Shown in pieces: positions 1 to 9,363 of a stretch of DNA of 64,000 bases. The translations under genes were made by a program, and so were the position numbers. The stretch is from Candidatus Omnitrophota bacterium (lineage in GTDB: Bacteria > Omnitrophota > Omnitrophia > Omnitrophales > JACROU01), in contig JACROU010000037.1 in NCBI GenBank assembly GCA_016214265.1, positions 3,859-67,858 of the forward strand. The letters are read 5' to 3'. Each line of letters opens with the position of its first letter. Position 1 is the first letter of the stretch. The notes below the pieces were generated by a model, which had not been told where the DNA came from, searched no databases, and saw only the letters and a program-made list of their open reading frames with translations.

Positions 1-1
1 G

Positions 2-1531
2 GAGGAACTTGAAGAAGCCATTATTCGATTTTCTCGGTCAAAGAATGATTTGTCTTCTGAAATTCGATTGTTAAATTCTGATTCCGAAAACCTTTTTATC
101 GAAGAAGCTCTCGCTGCAATAGAAAACTTTTTGAGCGAAGATTATCAAATTTCCAAACGTTCGATCGGCCGTTTGCTTCTTAAAGAGGATCGGGAGGTCT
201 GGGATTTGATCGAAAAAAAAGAACCTCAGGCTTTGTTGAAAATTAAAAGCGTTATTGAAGAAACTAAAGCCCGATACAACCGTCCGCTGGAGCTTGAAAT
301 GGCGCTGGCATTGAAGCGGGAAGTTATTGGAATTTCGAACGAGGTGATTCGGCGAACAGCGGGGTTCCGCGGGCTCAAAAGCGAAAAGCGTGGGTTTGAA
401 GAATGGCTCAGTCGTCTGACCATGAATCCGGTCACAGGACTTCCGATTCTGTTTTTGATTTTGTATCTTGGGCTTTATCAGTTCGTAGGTGTGTTTGGTG
501 CCAAAACCGTCGTAGATTTTTTGGAGAGAACTATTTTTGAAGGCTACATCAACCCTTTCCTGATCAAGCTGTTTAGCCAGTTAATTCCGTGGCCGGTGTT
601 CCGGGATCTGTTTGTCGGTGAGTACGGAATGTTGACGCTCGGTGTGCGTTACGCGATTGCTTTGATTCTTCCGATTGTCTCCTTCTTTTTTCTAGTTTTT
701 GCTGTTATCGAAGATACGGGATATTTGCCGCGTCTGGCGATGCTGATCGATAGAATTTTCAAAAAAATTGGTTTGAGCGGGCGGGCCGTTATTCCAATGG
801 TTTTGGGATTTGGCTGTGACACGATGGCGACTATGGTGACGCGGACGTTGCCGACTCCGCGCGAGCGTGTGATTTCAACGATGCTGCTATCTCTGGCGAT
901 TCCGTGTTCAGCGCAGCTGGGCGTGATTTTCGCGCTGCTTACCGGCCATGTTTTGACGCTCTTTCTTTGGGCGTTTGTGGTGGGGTTGGTTTTTCTTTTT
1001 ATTGGATTTTTAACAGCGCAGATTATGCCGGGTGAGAAGCCTTCTTTTTATATGGAGTTGCCGCCGCTAAGATTTCCCAAAATCACCAACGTTCTGACAA
1101 AAACTTATGTGCGGGTGAAATGGTATTTTCTGGAAGTGCTGCCATTATTTATTGTCGCCAGCTCGCTGATATGGTTGGGGCAGTTGACCGGGGTTTTCGC
1201 GTTTTTAATCCGGTTGCTGGCTGTTCCTGTAAAAATGATCGGTTTGCCGGTAGAAGCTTCCAAAATGTTTTTGATGGGGTTTTTCAGGCGGGATTACGGA
1301 GCGGCGGGGCTGTATGATCTTGCGCGTGCGGGAAAATTGAATGAGGTGCAGCTTCTTGTCGCCTGCGTGACATTGACTCTCTTTCTTCCGTGTATTGCGC
1401 AGTTTCTGATGAATATGAAAGAGCGGGGCTGGAAAACGGGTCTGGGCATTTCGGCTTTCACGCTTTTCTTTTCGTTCTGGGTGGCGTTTTTTCTGAACTT
1501 TATTTTGGTCAGTCTGGGAGTACGGTTATGA
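2..1531 (+). CDS. feoB: Ferrous iron transporter FeoB, C-terminal membrane (gate) domain; 5' end (GTPase domain) lies upstream of the window
   Basis: Reading frame is open from base 2. Polytopic membrane protein with the conserved FeoB gate-domain motifs (GFGCDTMATMVTRTLPTPRERVIST, LIPWPVF). The annotated TTG at 50 is internal. Confidence 0.85.
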   Translation, partial: EELEEAIIRFSRSKNDLSSEIRLLNSDSENLFIEEALAAIENFLSEDYQISKRSIGRLLLKEDREVWDLIEKKEPQALLKIKSVIEETKARYNRPLELEMALALKREVIGISNEVIRRTAGFRGLKSEKRGFEEWLSRLTMNPVTGLPILFLILYLGLYQFVGVFGAKTVVDFLERTIFEGYINPFLIKLFSQLIPWPVFRDLFVGEYGMLTLGVRYAIALILPIVSFFFLVFAVIEDTGYLPRLAMLIDRIFKKIGLSGRAVIPMVLGFGCDTMATMVTRTLPTPRERVISTMLLSLAIPCSAQLGVIFALLTGHVLTLFLWAFVVGLVFLFIGFLTAQIMPGEKPSFYMELPPLRFPKITNVLTKTYVRVKWYFLEVLPLFIVASSLIWLGQLTGVFAFLIRLLAVPVKMIGLPVEASKMFLMGFFRRDYGAAGLYDLARAGKLNEVQLLVACVTLTLFLPCIAQFLMNMKERGWKTGLGISAFTLFFSFWVAFFLNFILVSLGVRL

Positions 1532-1968
1532 TTTGTGATTTATGTCATCATGAATTTAACGAGTCCGAAGCTCGAGGCGCATGTTCCGGCTGTGGCACGC
1601 AAAAAAGCTGTGGCGGCGTTCGCTGTCCCCGCTGTTACTACGAGATGGTTTCAGCGCCCGGATGGATTTCTGGAATTGCGAGATTTTTTAATCGAAAATC
1701 TGGGCGTGAGGCTGTGTGTGAAGAGAAGGAATTTTCAGAAAAATCCGGAGTTTCTCTGAATGAATTTGAAGTAAACCGATCCGCCGAAATCGTTGATTTG
1801 CGGACAGTGGACAATCTTATTCTCAGAAAGATTATTGCGATGGATGCGCTTCCCGGGGCAAAGATTACGCTTGTCCAAAAATTCCCCTCTTTGGTTTTCC
1901 GAATCAACGAGAGTTCATTCTCGATCGATAAAGAGCTGGCTTCTGTTATTTGCGTCAAACCGATTTAG
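1528..1968 (+). CDS. FeoA-domain protein with N-terminal Cys4 zinc-ribbon
   Basis: ATG at 1528 overlaps the feoB stop. N-terminus has CDLC...CSGCG...CPRC. C-terminus (IVDLRTVDNLILRKIIAMDALPGAKITLVQKFPSLVFRINESSFSIDKELASVI) matches the FeoA SH3-like fold. The longer 1390 ORF is an in-frame upstream extension overlapping feoB. Confidence 0.6.
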   Translation: MICDLCHHEFNESEARGACSGCGTQKSCGGVRCPRCYYEMVSAPGWISGIARFFNRKSGREAVCEEKEFSEKSGVSLNEFEVNRSAEIVDLRTVDNLILRKIIAMDALPGAKITLVQKFPSLVFRINESSFSIDKELASVICVKPI

Positions 1969-2843
1969 TCTCGAGCCAGCATGTTAATGAAAAGTTGAGC
2001 GGGGTGTGTCGGCACTCTTTCGTTTAAGGTGATAATGCCGATCGGTCGTGAAAGCTGCAAATCCGAAATCCGAATAGATGTTATCAGTCCCTGAGCCACT
2101 TCTTTTTCAACGGCTTTGCGGGGCACAATCGATATTCCTAATCCTACTTCCACAGCTTTTTTTATCGTGTCAATATTATCGTTGGTCATTCGAATGAAAA
2201 CTTTTACTTCCTTGCTATTTAGCGCTTCGTTGATGGCCTCCCTTGTGGGAATTCCTTCGTCAAAAGTGATGAAGTTTTCGTTATTAATTTCCTGCAATTT
2301 GATGCTGCGTTTTTTTGCCAGGTGGTGTTTGGGAGGGGCAATTAAAATAAGGTTATCTTTGCCGGCAGGGGTGATCTTGATTCTCGGTCGGTTCTTAGGA
2401 TAAGCAACAATGCCGAAATCAATTTTTTCTTGAAGAATAAGATCATAGATCAAGTCCGATCTACTGTATTGAAGATGAATGTAGATATCCGGATAGGCGC
2501 GAATAAATTTTTTCAGATTGGCAGCCAGCTCGTAGATGCCGATGCTATAGACTGTGGCAATCTTGACATTTCCCTTTAGTGTTTTGGTTTTGTTGGAGAG
2601 GTGGGATTTTAAATTTCCGATCCGGGTTAAGAGGTCTTCGACGTAAGGAAGCAAAAATTCCCCTTCCTTGGTCAGACTTACTTTTCGCGGCGCGCGGTCA
2701 AACAGCCGGCATCCCAGCAGCTCCTCAAGATTTTTAATGTGCGAGCTGACGGACGGCTGTGTCAGAAAATTCAATTTTCCGACTTTGGCAAAATTTTTCT
2801 CGTAGGCAATATCTTTGAATATTTTCAAGCTGAGGGTGTTCAT
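1965..2843 (-). CDS. LysR-family transcriptional regulator
   Basis: N-terminal HTH (LKIFKDIAYEKNFAKVGKLNFLTQPSVSSHIKNLEELLGCRLFDR) plus LysR substrate-binding domain. Divergent from the cytochrome cluster. Confidence 0.85.
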   Translation of the reverse strand: MNTLSLKIFKDIAYEKNFAKVGKLNFLTQPSVSSHIKNLEELLGCRLFDRAPRKVSLTKEGEFLLPYVEDLLTRIGNLKSHLSNKTKTLKGNVKIATVYSIGIYELAANLKKFIRAYPDIYIHLQYSRSDLIYDLILQEKIDFGIVAYPKNRPRIKITPAGKDNLILIAPPKHHLAKKRSIKLQEINNENFITFDEGIPTREAINEALNSKEVKVFIRMTNDNIDTIKKAVEVGLGISIVPRKAVEKEVAQGLITSIRISDLQLSRPIGIITLNERVPTHPAQLFINMLARD

Positions 2844-3036
2844 AGATAGAAATAATTTATCATTGCAATATTAAAAATCAATTATTTTTATCGATTGTAT
2901 CGTGCGATTATAATTTCCAGTGACACACGTTCATTCATTAAGCTATAATGATTTTCAGTCGTAACTATAAAACATCATTCAGTTTGAGCGGGTTTGTTAT
3001 TTTCTTCCTTTTCTCTTCAATAATTTCGGAGTTCGT
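2844..3036. promoter_or_regulatory. Divergent AT-rich promoter region between the LysR gene and the cytochrome cluster; contains dyad ATCAAT-N7-ATCGAT (T-N11-A-like) around 2876-2897
   Basis: AT-rich 190-bp intergenic with inverted repeat. Typical LysR autoregulatory/target architecture. Confidence 0.3.
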
Positions 3037-3828
3037 ATGGCAAAACAATTTTGTTGGGTGAAAGCGATTGGAGCATTTGCCTCAGTCGTTATTTTTTTGT
3101 TCGTAGTATCCGGCCAAGCGATGGGCGCCGAGCAGAAGAAAGAGAAATCTTACCCCTTCGAAGGTTTCGTTGGCGTTAAGGGATCAAAATATGTTGGTCA
3201 GGAAACCTGTGAAATGTGTCACGAAAAAGAAGCCCGCGAGTTTAAACTTTCCACCCATTCAAGACTCAATATCGAACATGGTCAGACAAAGGCGCAAGGA
3301 TGCGAAATGTGCCACGGCCCCGGAAGCATTCACGTGGATGCGGGCGGAGGCAAAGGAAAAGGGATTATCAACCCAAGAAAAAATCCTGAAGTTTGTTTTT
3401 CCTGCCATATGGATAAGAAAATGGAATTTCGCCTGCCGTTTCATCATCCCGTTTTGGAGGGTAAAATGGGGTGCGCGGACTGTCATTCCGCGCACGGTGC
3501 CGAAGTCAAGCCTTGGTCTGCGACGACGCTTAGCGGTATGAATGAAGCCTGCTATAAATGCCATAAGATTCAACGCGGTCCTTTTGTGTGGGAGCATGAG
3601 GCTCTTCGTGAAGGCTGCACCGCTTGTCATAAGGTTCATGGTTCGGTTAATGACAAGATGCTGCTTATTCGCGATAGCAATTTGTGCTTAAGATGTCATA
3701 CCCAAATGGATTTTCCAGTGATTGGAAGATCTAACCATGCGGCCCGAATGCCTCAAGGAACTTGCTTTAGTGCAGGGTGTCATACAGCGGTTCATGGATC
3801 GAATTTTGATGATCATCTGCGATATTAG
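3037..3828 (+). CDS. Octaheme c-type cytochrome, secreted (signal peptide)
   Basis: Seven CxxCH (CEMCH, CEMCH, CFSCH, CADCH, CYKCH, CTACH, CLRCH) plus one CxxxCH (CFSAGCH) in 263 aa. N-terminal signal/anchor. Confidence 0.85.
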   Translation: MAKQFCWVKAIGAFASVVIFLFVVSGQAMGAEQKKEKSYPFEGFVGVKGSKYVGQETCEMCHEKEAREFKLSTHSRLNIEHGQTKAQGCEMCHGPGSIHVDAGGGKGKGIINPRKNPEVCFSCHMDKKMEFRLPFHHPVLEGKMGCADCHSAHGAEVKPWSATTLSGMNEACYKCHKIQRGPFVWEHEALREGCTACHKVHGSVNDKMLLIRDSNLCLRCHTQMDFPVIGRSNHAARMPQGTCFSAGCHTAVHGSNFDDHLRY

Positions 3829-3837
3829 AGGGTTACG

Positions 3838-5919
3838 ATGAAAACTACTTTACGCATAGTGCTGGCAGAAATTTTAATCGGTGGATTGTTACTCGTACCT
3901 GGAACCGTTTCTGCGGGAGAGACCGGAACGGAAACAGCGCCTGTTACCTTTGCGCCAGTTCCAGTGCAATATGCTTTTGTGGATGGCGATATGGCCAAGT
4001 TCCAAAACCATAAATGGATGAAGGGTGATTATAACGCAGGGGCGGATAATTCTACGGCGGAGTATAAACTACCCAAAGGCGTAACGTTGTCGATGGAAGG
4101 AAGTGGTCTCGTCCCTCAAAACGATTTTGGTGCGAAAACATCTATTACCAAAGAAAACTTGGGATTTGTCAATTTTGATTTTAAACAATTCCGCCGGTAT
4201 TACGACACGACGGGCGGCGTTTACGACCGATTTGCGACGCTCAGGCACAATGAATTAGACAAAGGTCTTCACATGGATATCGGTCATTTGGGAGTGGATA
4301 CCGGAATTACTATCAAAAATTGGCCTCACTTGGGTTTCGAATACGATCGGGATTACCGGCTTGGCGCCAAATCGCGTCTTTCGTGGGGCGGTGTTACCGA
4401 AGGGGCTATTCTCCGCTACATTTTTCCTTCCTATCAGGAGATCAATCAAAGCGTGGATACTTTTGCTATCAAAGCGGATCACACCATCGGTGGATATAAA
4501 CTAAAAGCAGATCAACGATGGGAACTATTCCGGGCGGATACTTCGCGATGGGAGCAGTGGATGGCAACGACCGGAGTGGCTGCGGATAATAAAAGGCGCC
4601 TGCAGCATCAAGAACCCAGTGCTGATCTGATGACCACAACGGTTGGAGCTGAGCGGTGGTTCAAGAAAGACAAAGTGTTTGTGTCTTCCGGGTATCGTTA
4701 TGCTCAAATGAAAAATAAAGAAATCGAATCCATATTTGAATTTGATGCCGCGGGGAGGCTTTTCAATAACGCCAATGCCAAAAGTGCCCGTAATTCTATT
4801 GCTCACAATAATATGGAGGATAACAGCTGGGTTGGAAATGCTATGTGGACTCCCTGGCATTCTTTGAGTTTGATTGCCAAATTGAAAGGCGACGTGTACC
4901 GAAATTTGGGATTTTCCACAAATCCCATGGATACAAATGCCGGTGTTCCGAATGGAGGAATCGATACTACGGAGATCAGCAATCTCAGCAATAAGATTGG
5001 AAGCGTTGCCGAATCGGTATCCGTGCGTTTTACCGGAATTCCCCATACAGCGCTTTACTCAGAAATGGAATTGCAGGAAATTGGGAATCGACGATATGAA
5101 AATCGTTTGAGCGTTGCTGGTCAGGCGGCTACTAGTGCCAATGAAAACTATACCAATTTGGTAAACATAAATAGTTATCGCCAGATGTGGACTATTGGCG
5201 GAAATTTTGCGCCTTGGTATTTTGTAAATACCACGGCAGATGTTCGCATTCGCCGGGAAAACGATGATTACGATTACATCAAAAACTCACCGCCGACGGG
5301 CGGCGAGCTTTTTCGCGCGTTCTTTGATTCATTAAAAATCAACACTAACGAATTCAAAACCCGGACTACCTTAAGATTGGTGAAGTGGCTGCAGCCAGCC
5401 TTCCGTTATCAGTTTCAAGAAAAGGATTTTTATGCGTTGCCGTATCATGAGCCGGTTTATGTGACGACGCGTACGATATCAAATACTTATACATATGACC
5501 TGATGTATCAGCCATTGGCAGATTTAATGACAATGATTTCATTTTCCAGGCAAACAATTAAAACTGTAACGCCTGCTCATAATTCAGCCCGAACAATGGG
5601 AGTTCCTCCAACTTATAACACCAATGTAAACATGTGGATGTTCAGTGCGGATTACGCCTTAAGGCCCGATTTGATTCTTACGGGTAGCCTTGATTTTTCA
5701 AGAGCGCCTAATTTCAATGATTATTCCACAATCGGTTTACCGCTTGGTGTTGACTACAATCAGATAGATTTAAATTTGGGCGTGCGCTGGGCTTTGAATA
5801 AACGGATTACGTTGGAACCGAAGTACTCCTATTACCATTACAATCCGAATCAAAACGTGGAGTATGGTAAATATGATGCTCATGTAATTTCGCTTGAAAT
5901 GCTCCTACCCTGGGGTTGA
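3838..5919 (+). CDS. Predicted outer-membrane beta-barrel protein (porin-like), candidate partner of the preceding multiheme cytochrome
   Basis: Signal peptide (LLVPGTVSAGE). 693 aa with no Cys, rich in Y/T/N/G and alternating amphipathic beta-strand patterns. Starts 10 nt after the cytochrome gene. Confidence 0.5.
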   Translation: MKTTLRIVLAEILIGGLLLVPGTVSAGETGTETAPVTFAPVPVQYAFVDGDMAKFQNHKWMKGDYNAGADNSTAEYKLPKGVTLSMEGSGLVPQNDFGAKTSITKENLGFVNFDFKQFRRYYDTTGGVYDRFATLRHNELDKGLHMDIGHLGVDTGITIKNWPHLGFEYDRDYRLGAKSRLSWGGVTEGAILRYIFPSYQEINQSVDTFAIKADHTIGGYKLKADQRWELFRADTSRWEQWMATTGVAADNKRRLQHQEPSADLMTTTVGAERWFKKDKVFVSSGYRYAQMKNKEIESIFEFDAAGRLFNNANAKSARNSIAHNNMEDNSWVGNAMWTPWHSLSLIAKLKGDVYRNLGFSTNPMDTNAGVPNGGIDTTEISNLSNKIGSVAESVSVRFTGIPHTALYSEMELQEIGNRRYENRLSVAGQAATSANENYTNLVNINSYRQMWTIGGNFAPWYFVNTTADVRIRRENDDYDYIKNSPPTGGELFRAFFDSLKINTNEFKTRTTLRLVKWLQPAFRYQFQEKDFYALPYHEPVYVTTRTISNTYTYDLMYQPLADLMTMISFSRQTIKTVTPAHNSARTMGVPPTYNTNVNMWMFSADYALRPDLILTGSLDFSRAPNFNDYSTIGLPLGVDYNQIDLNLGVRWALNKRITLEPKYSYYHYNPNQNVEYGKYDAHVISLEMLLPWG

Positions 5920-5931
5920 TAATCACACCCC

Positions 5932-7725
5932 ATGAAGCCGAAATCGCAGGGCGTAAGTCCTTACTATATCTTGAGAAGCTTTCTTTTTTCCTTCTTTAAT
6001 TTCTTTGCCTCTTTAAAGCTCGCCGTGTTTCTTCTTGTCGTGTTGGGAGTGACTTTAGCTGCCGGTACTTTTATTGAATCTGCTTCAGGAACTAAAGCCG
6101 CGCAGCAGATGGTTTACCATACCGCTGCGTTTAGTTTGCTTCTTGGCGTGTTGGCGATGAATCTGGCTTTCGCCGCTTTGGCACGGCTACCCTGGCAGAA
6201 AAAGCATGTGGGATTTGTGATGACTCATGCTGGGATTATCATGATTATCTTTGGATCGTGGATGACCACTCGATTCGCGATTGACGGCCAGCTGGCGTTA
6301 GCGGAAGGGGAAAGAGGAAACCAGATTTCCGTTGATGTCCCGCTCCTCCAAATATTTAATTCCCAAACCAAGCAAAGCATTGAAGTTCCTTTTAAACTTC
6401 CACCACGGCAATGGGAGGGTAATAAACCATTTATTTTGCATGACTTTGATGATGTTGCGGTTAATCTTTTAGCTTTTTTCCCGCATTCCAAACCGGTTGA
6501 GAAAATTGTTCCCAAGGCGGGCGGTTCTTCTGCCGTAGAGTTTGATATTTTTAATGAAAATATGCGTATGGGCGGCAGGCTTCTGGAAGAACAAGGGAAA
6601 GACAGTATGGATTTGGGGCCGGCAGTGGTTCGGTTTTCTTCCCAGGAAATTCCTTTGCCTACGAAAAAATCTGCTTCTTCCGACTCTTTGGGTGATTTGA
6701 TATTCAATTATCAGGGCAAACAAAGCAGGGTGTCCGTATCGAAGGCGCTCACCAAAGAAGTTTCTATTCCCAACACACCCTTCAAAATAAAAATTAATCG
6801 TTATTTGTCTCACGCGATTGTTGAAAATAATCAGCTGGTTGACCGGGGTGAAGCGGCCGTGAATCCGGCCTGTGAATTTGTGATTCTGGGAAAGAAAACG
6901 GAAGAAAAACATACCGCCTTCGCTTTTTTTCCGGATTTTCCGACGCTTCACGGTCGCGCGCCATCACAGACCGGATTGAAAATTCATTTTGAGGCTTCCG
7001 GGTTGGAACAGGGCGCTTCTGCAAACGAACTTCGGATTATCAAGAATGCTTCCGGAAAACTTTTCTATCAGACAAAAACTCAACAAACTGTGATTCCGCC
7101 GGTCCCGGTGGAAGTGGGGAAGGAATACGCTACAGGCTGGATGCATCTGAAATTTCTGGTTAAAACATTTTTTCCTGAAGCGGAACTTAAGTCTTATTTT
7201 GAACCACTGCCTCTTTCACCCCAGGAGAAAAATCCACGGCCGGTAGTTTTGATGGGATTTCAGAAAAACGGCCAGGAAGCGAAACTTTGGCTTCAGCGCG
7301 GAGATCATCAATTTGTTTTTTCCGAAAGTGCACCGCTTCATGTCATTTACGGCGAGAAAAATATTCCTCTTGGATTTGATATTGAGCTTAAAAAATTTAT
7401 GATCGATTATTATCCCGGTTCAGAGCGGCCCGCTGCGTTTAAAAGCGCTGTCAAGTTAATCGACCCCTCAAAAGGCGTTGACCGAGAGGTTGAGATCAGC
7501 ATGAATAAGCCGCTTTCTTACCGTGGATTCAAGGTTTTTCAGTCGGGATATCAGTTGAGCGAAGGCCGGCCCAAAGTGTCCATTTTCTCCGTGGGGCGTG
7601 ACCCGGGCATTCCGGTAAAATATGCGGGCAGCATTGTCATGATTCTTGGCGTTTTATTTATGTTTTATTTGAAAAGATTTTCAAGCAGCAAGCCTCTCTA
7701 TTCAAACGAAAGTGAGAAAAAATGA
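5932..7725 (+). CDS. ccsB: Cytochrome c biogenesis protein CcsB/ResB (System II)
   Basis: N-terminal TM helices, LKLAVFLL...IESASGT..AAQQMVYHT motif, large periplasmic domain, C-terminal TM. Confidence 0.8.
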   Translation: MKPKSQGVSPYYILRSFLFSFFNFFASLKLAVFLLVVLGVTLAAGTFIESASGTKAAQQMVYHTAAFSLLLGVLAMNLAFAALARLPWQKKHVGFVMTHAGIIMIIFGSWMTTRFAIDGQLALAEGERGNQISVDVPLLQIFNSQTKQSIEVPFKLPPRQWEGNKPFILHDFDDVAVNLLAFFPHSKPVEKIVPKAGGSSAVEFDIFNENMRMGGRLLEEQGKDSMDLGPAVVRFSSQEIPLPTKKSASSDSLGDLIFNYQGKQSRVSVSKALTKEVSIPNTPFKIKINRYLSHAIVENNQLVDRGEAAVNPACEFVILGKKTEEKHTAFAFFPDFPTLHGRAPSQTGLKIHFEASGLEQGASANELRIIKNASGKLFYQTKTQQTVIPPVPVEVGKEYATGWMHLKFLVKTFFPEAELKSYFEPLPLSPQEKNPRPVVLMGFQKNGQEAKLWLQRGDHQFVFSESAPLHVIYGEKNIPLGFDIELKKFMIDYYPGSERPAAFKSAVKLIDPSKGVDREVEISMNKPLSYRGFKVFQSGYQLSEGRPKVSIFSVGRDPGIPVKYAGSIVMILGVLFMFYLKRFSSSKPLYSNESEKK

Positions 7726-9341
7726 AAATTTTTCGAGCTCTTTTGCTATTGATTCCTGTTTGTTTCTATTCTGCTCCTGCGATTTGCGGGTCTCACAGCA
7801 ATTTTGATATTAAGTCGCTCGAAAAGATGGCGGTGCAAAGCGGGGGGCGAATCAAGCCTTTCAGCAGTTTCTCAAAAGAAGTGGTTTTGTATGTAACAGG
7901 AAAAGAACGTTTCGCAGGTAAAGATGCCAACACCCTGCTTTTGGAATGGATCGCAAAACCTGAGCAGTGGGAAGCGCAGCCTCTGATTCCGGTTTCCAAT
8001 CAGGCATTAAGGACTTTTTTGGGAATTCCTGCTGAAACGAAAAGAGTCAGCCCGCATTTTCTTTCTTCGAGCCGTGTTTTTCTCGACAGCGTGGCGCAAA
8101 TCGATGCCAAACAATCGCAAGGGGAAGTGTTAAGCACGGTTGATAAAGCGGAGATTGAGCTTTATCAAAAAATGAGTCTGTTTTATGCCTCGTGCGAAGG
8201 AAAAAACTGGTCTGTTATTCCTAATCCATCTTCCCCTCATGACAAGTGGCTCTCCATCGATATGATTAAAACAGATCAGAGAATTGGCAGTCTGGCTGTT
8301 CCGCTCAATACGATGCTGGAAAGTTACCGCTCAAATGATCCGGTGAAATTCAAACAGGCGAGCGAAGAGTTTATCAATCGGTTGGGATTACAGAATTCTT
8401 TTACGCTGGAAATTCAATACAATCACTTAAGGCCTTTCGGATGGGCTTGGCATTTGTATTTGCTGGGATTTTTGATTTTTCTGATAAATTTTGTTTTAAA
8501 GAAATCGTTTTTATCATGGATTGGGGTGGGCAGCGTTATTTTGGGATTTCTGCTGCACACTTATGGATTTGTTCTGCGGTGCATTATTTCGGGCAGGCCT
8601 CCTGTTAGCAACATGTACGAGTCTGTTATCTGGGTTTCGTGGGCGGCGGTTTTGTTTGCGGTTATCCTTTTCTTCGTTTACCGCTCAACGTATGTCACTC
8701 TGGCAGCGTCGGCGATTGCTGCAGTCGGCTTAATTCTGGCAGATAGTTTGCCGGCGGTTTTGGATCCTTCGATCTCGCCTCTGGAACCGGTTTTAAGAAA
8801 TAATTTTTGGCTGACAATTCATGTTCTGACGATCACGTTAAGTTACGGCGCTTTTGCTCTGGCTCTAGCTATTGCACATATTTCTCTCCTCATGCATGTG
8901 TTTCAGACGAAAAATGAAAATCTTCTTCGCATTATCACCGAATTTCTTTACCGGGCGTTGCAAATCGGTGTTGTTCTTTTGGCGGCGGGAACTATTTTGG
9001 GTGGTGTTTGGGCAAATTACTCTTGGGGCCGGTTTTGGGGCTGGGATCCCAAAGAAACTTGGGCCTTAATCGCTCTTCTCGGATATTTGGCTATTCTTCA
9101 TTGCCGTTATGTCGGCTGGATCGGTCCGTTTGGTCTTGCTGTTGGCGCCTCAGTTGCATTTCTGGGCGTTCTGATGGCATGGTACGGTGTCAACTTTGTT
9201 CTTGCCGCGGGACTTCACAGTTATGGTTTTGCCGGCGGCGGACTTCCTTATGTCGGCGCTTTCGTCATCGCCGATTTATTGCTGGTGGCCTTACTCTCTT
9301 TTGTTTATTGGAAAAAGACGCAAATCAAAACTTCTCACTAA
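7722..9341 (+). CDS. ccsA: Cytochrome c biogenesis protein CcsA/ResC with ~240-aa N-terminal periplasmic extension
   Basis: Trp-rich heme-handling motif WGRFWGWDPKETWAL and multi-TM CcsA core. Start overlaps the ccsB stop. Confidence 0.8.
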   Translation: MKIFRALLLLIPVCFYSAPAICGSHSNFDIKSLEKMAVQSGGRIKPFSSFSKEVVLYVTGKERFAGKDANTLLLEWIAKPEQWEAQPLIPVSNQALRTFLGIPAETKRVSPHFLSSSRVFLDSVAQIDAKQSQGEVLSTVDKAEIELYQKMSLFYASCEGKNWSVIPNPSSPHDKWLSIDMIKTDQRIGSLAVPLNTMLESYRSNDPVKFKQASEEFINRLGLQNSFTLEIQYNHLRPFGWAWHLYLLGFLIFLINFVLKKSFLSWIGVGSVILGFLLHTYGFVLRCIISGRPPVSNMYESVIWVSWAAVLFAVILFFVYRSTYVTLAASAIAAVGLILADSLPAVLDPSISPLEPVLRNNFWLTIHVLTITLSYGAFALALAIAHISLLMHVFQTKNENLLRIITEFLYRALQIGVVLLAAGTILGGVWANYSWGRFWGWDPKETWALIALLGYLAILHCRYVGWIGPFGLAVGASVAFLGVLMAWYGVNFVLAAGLHSYGFAGGGLPYVGAFVIADLLLVALLSFVYWKKTQIKTSH

Positions 9342-9363
9342 AATCCAAGGTGATGTTTTGCCT

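Noticed and set aside
1390-1968. 192-aa ORF start at 1390 for the FeoA-like gene
   Set aside because: The first 46 codons overlap the feoB 3' end in another frame. The ATG at 1528 with start/stop overlap is the more parsimonious start.
9187-9363. N-terminal extension of the nonaheme cytochrome ORF back to 9187
   Set aside because: It overlaps the ccsA 3' end. The ATG at 9364 is followed by a typical signal-anchor, and 9187 is just the first in-frame start after a stop.
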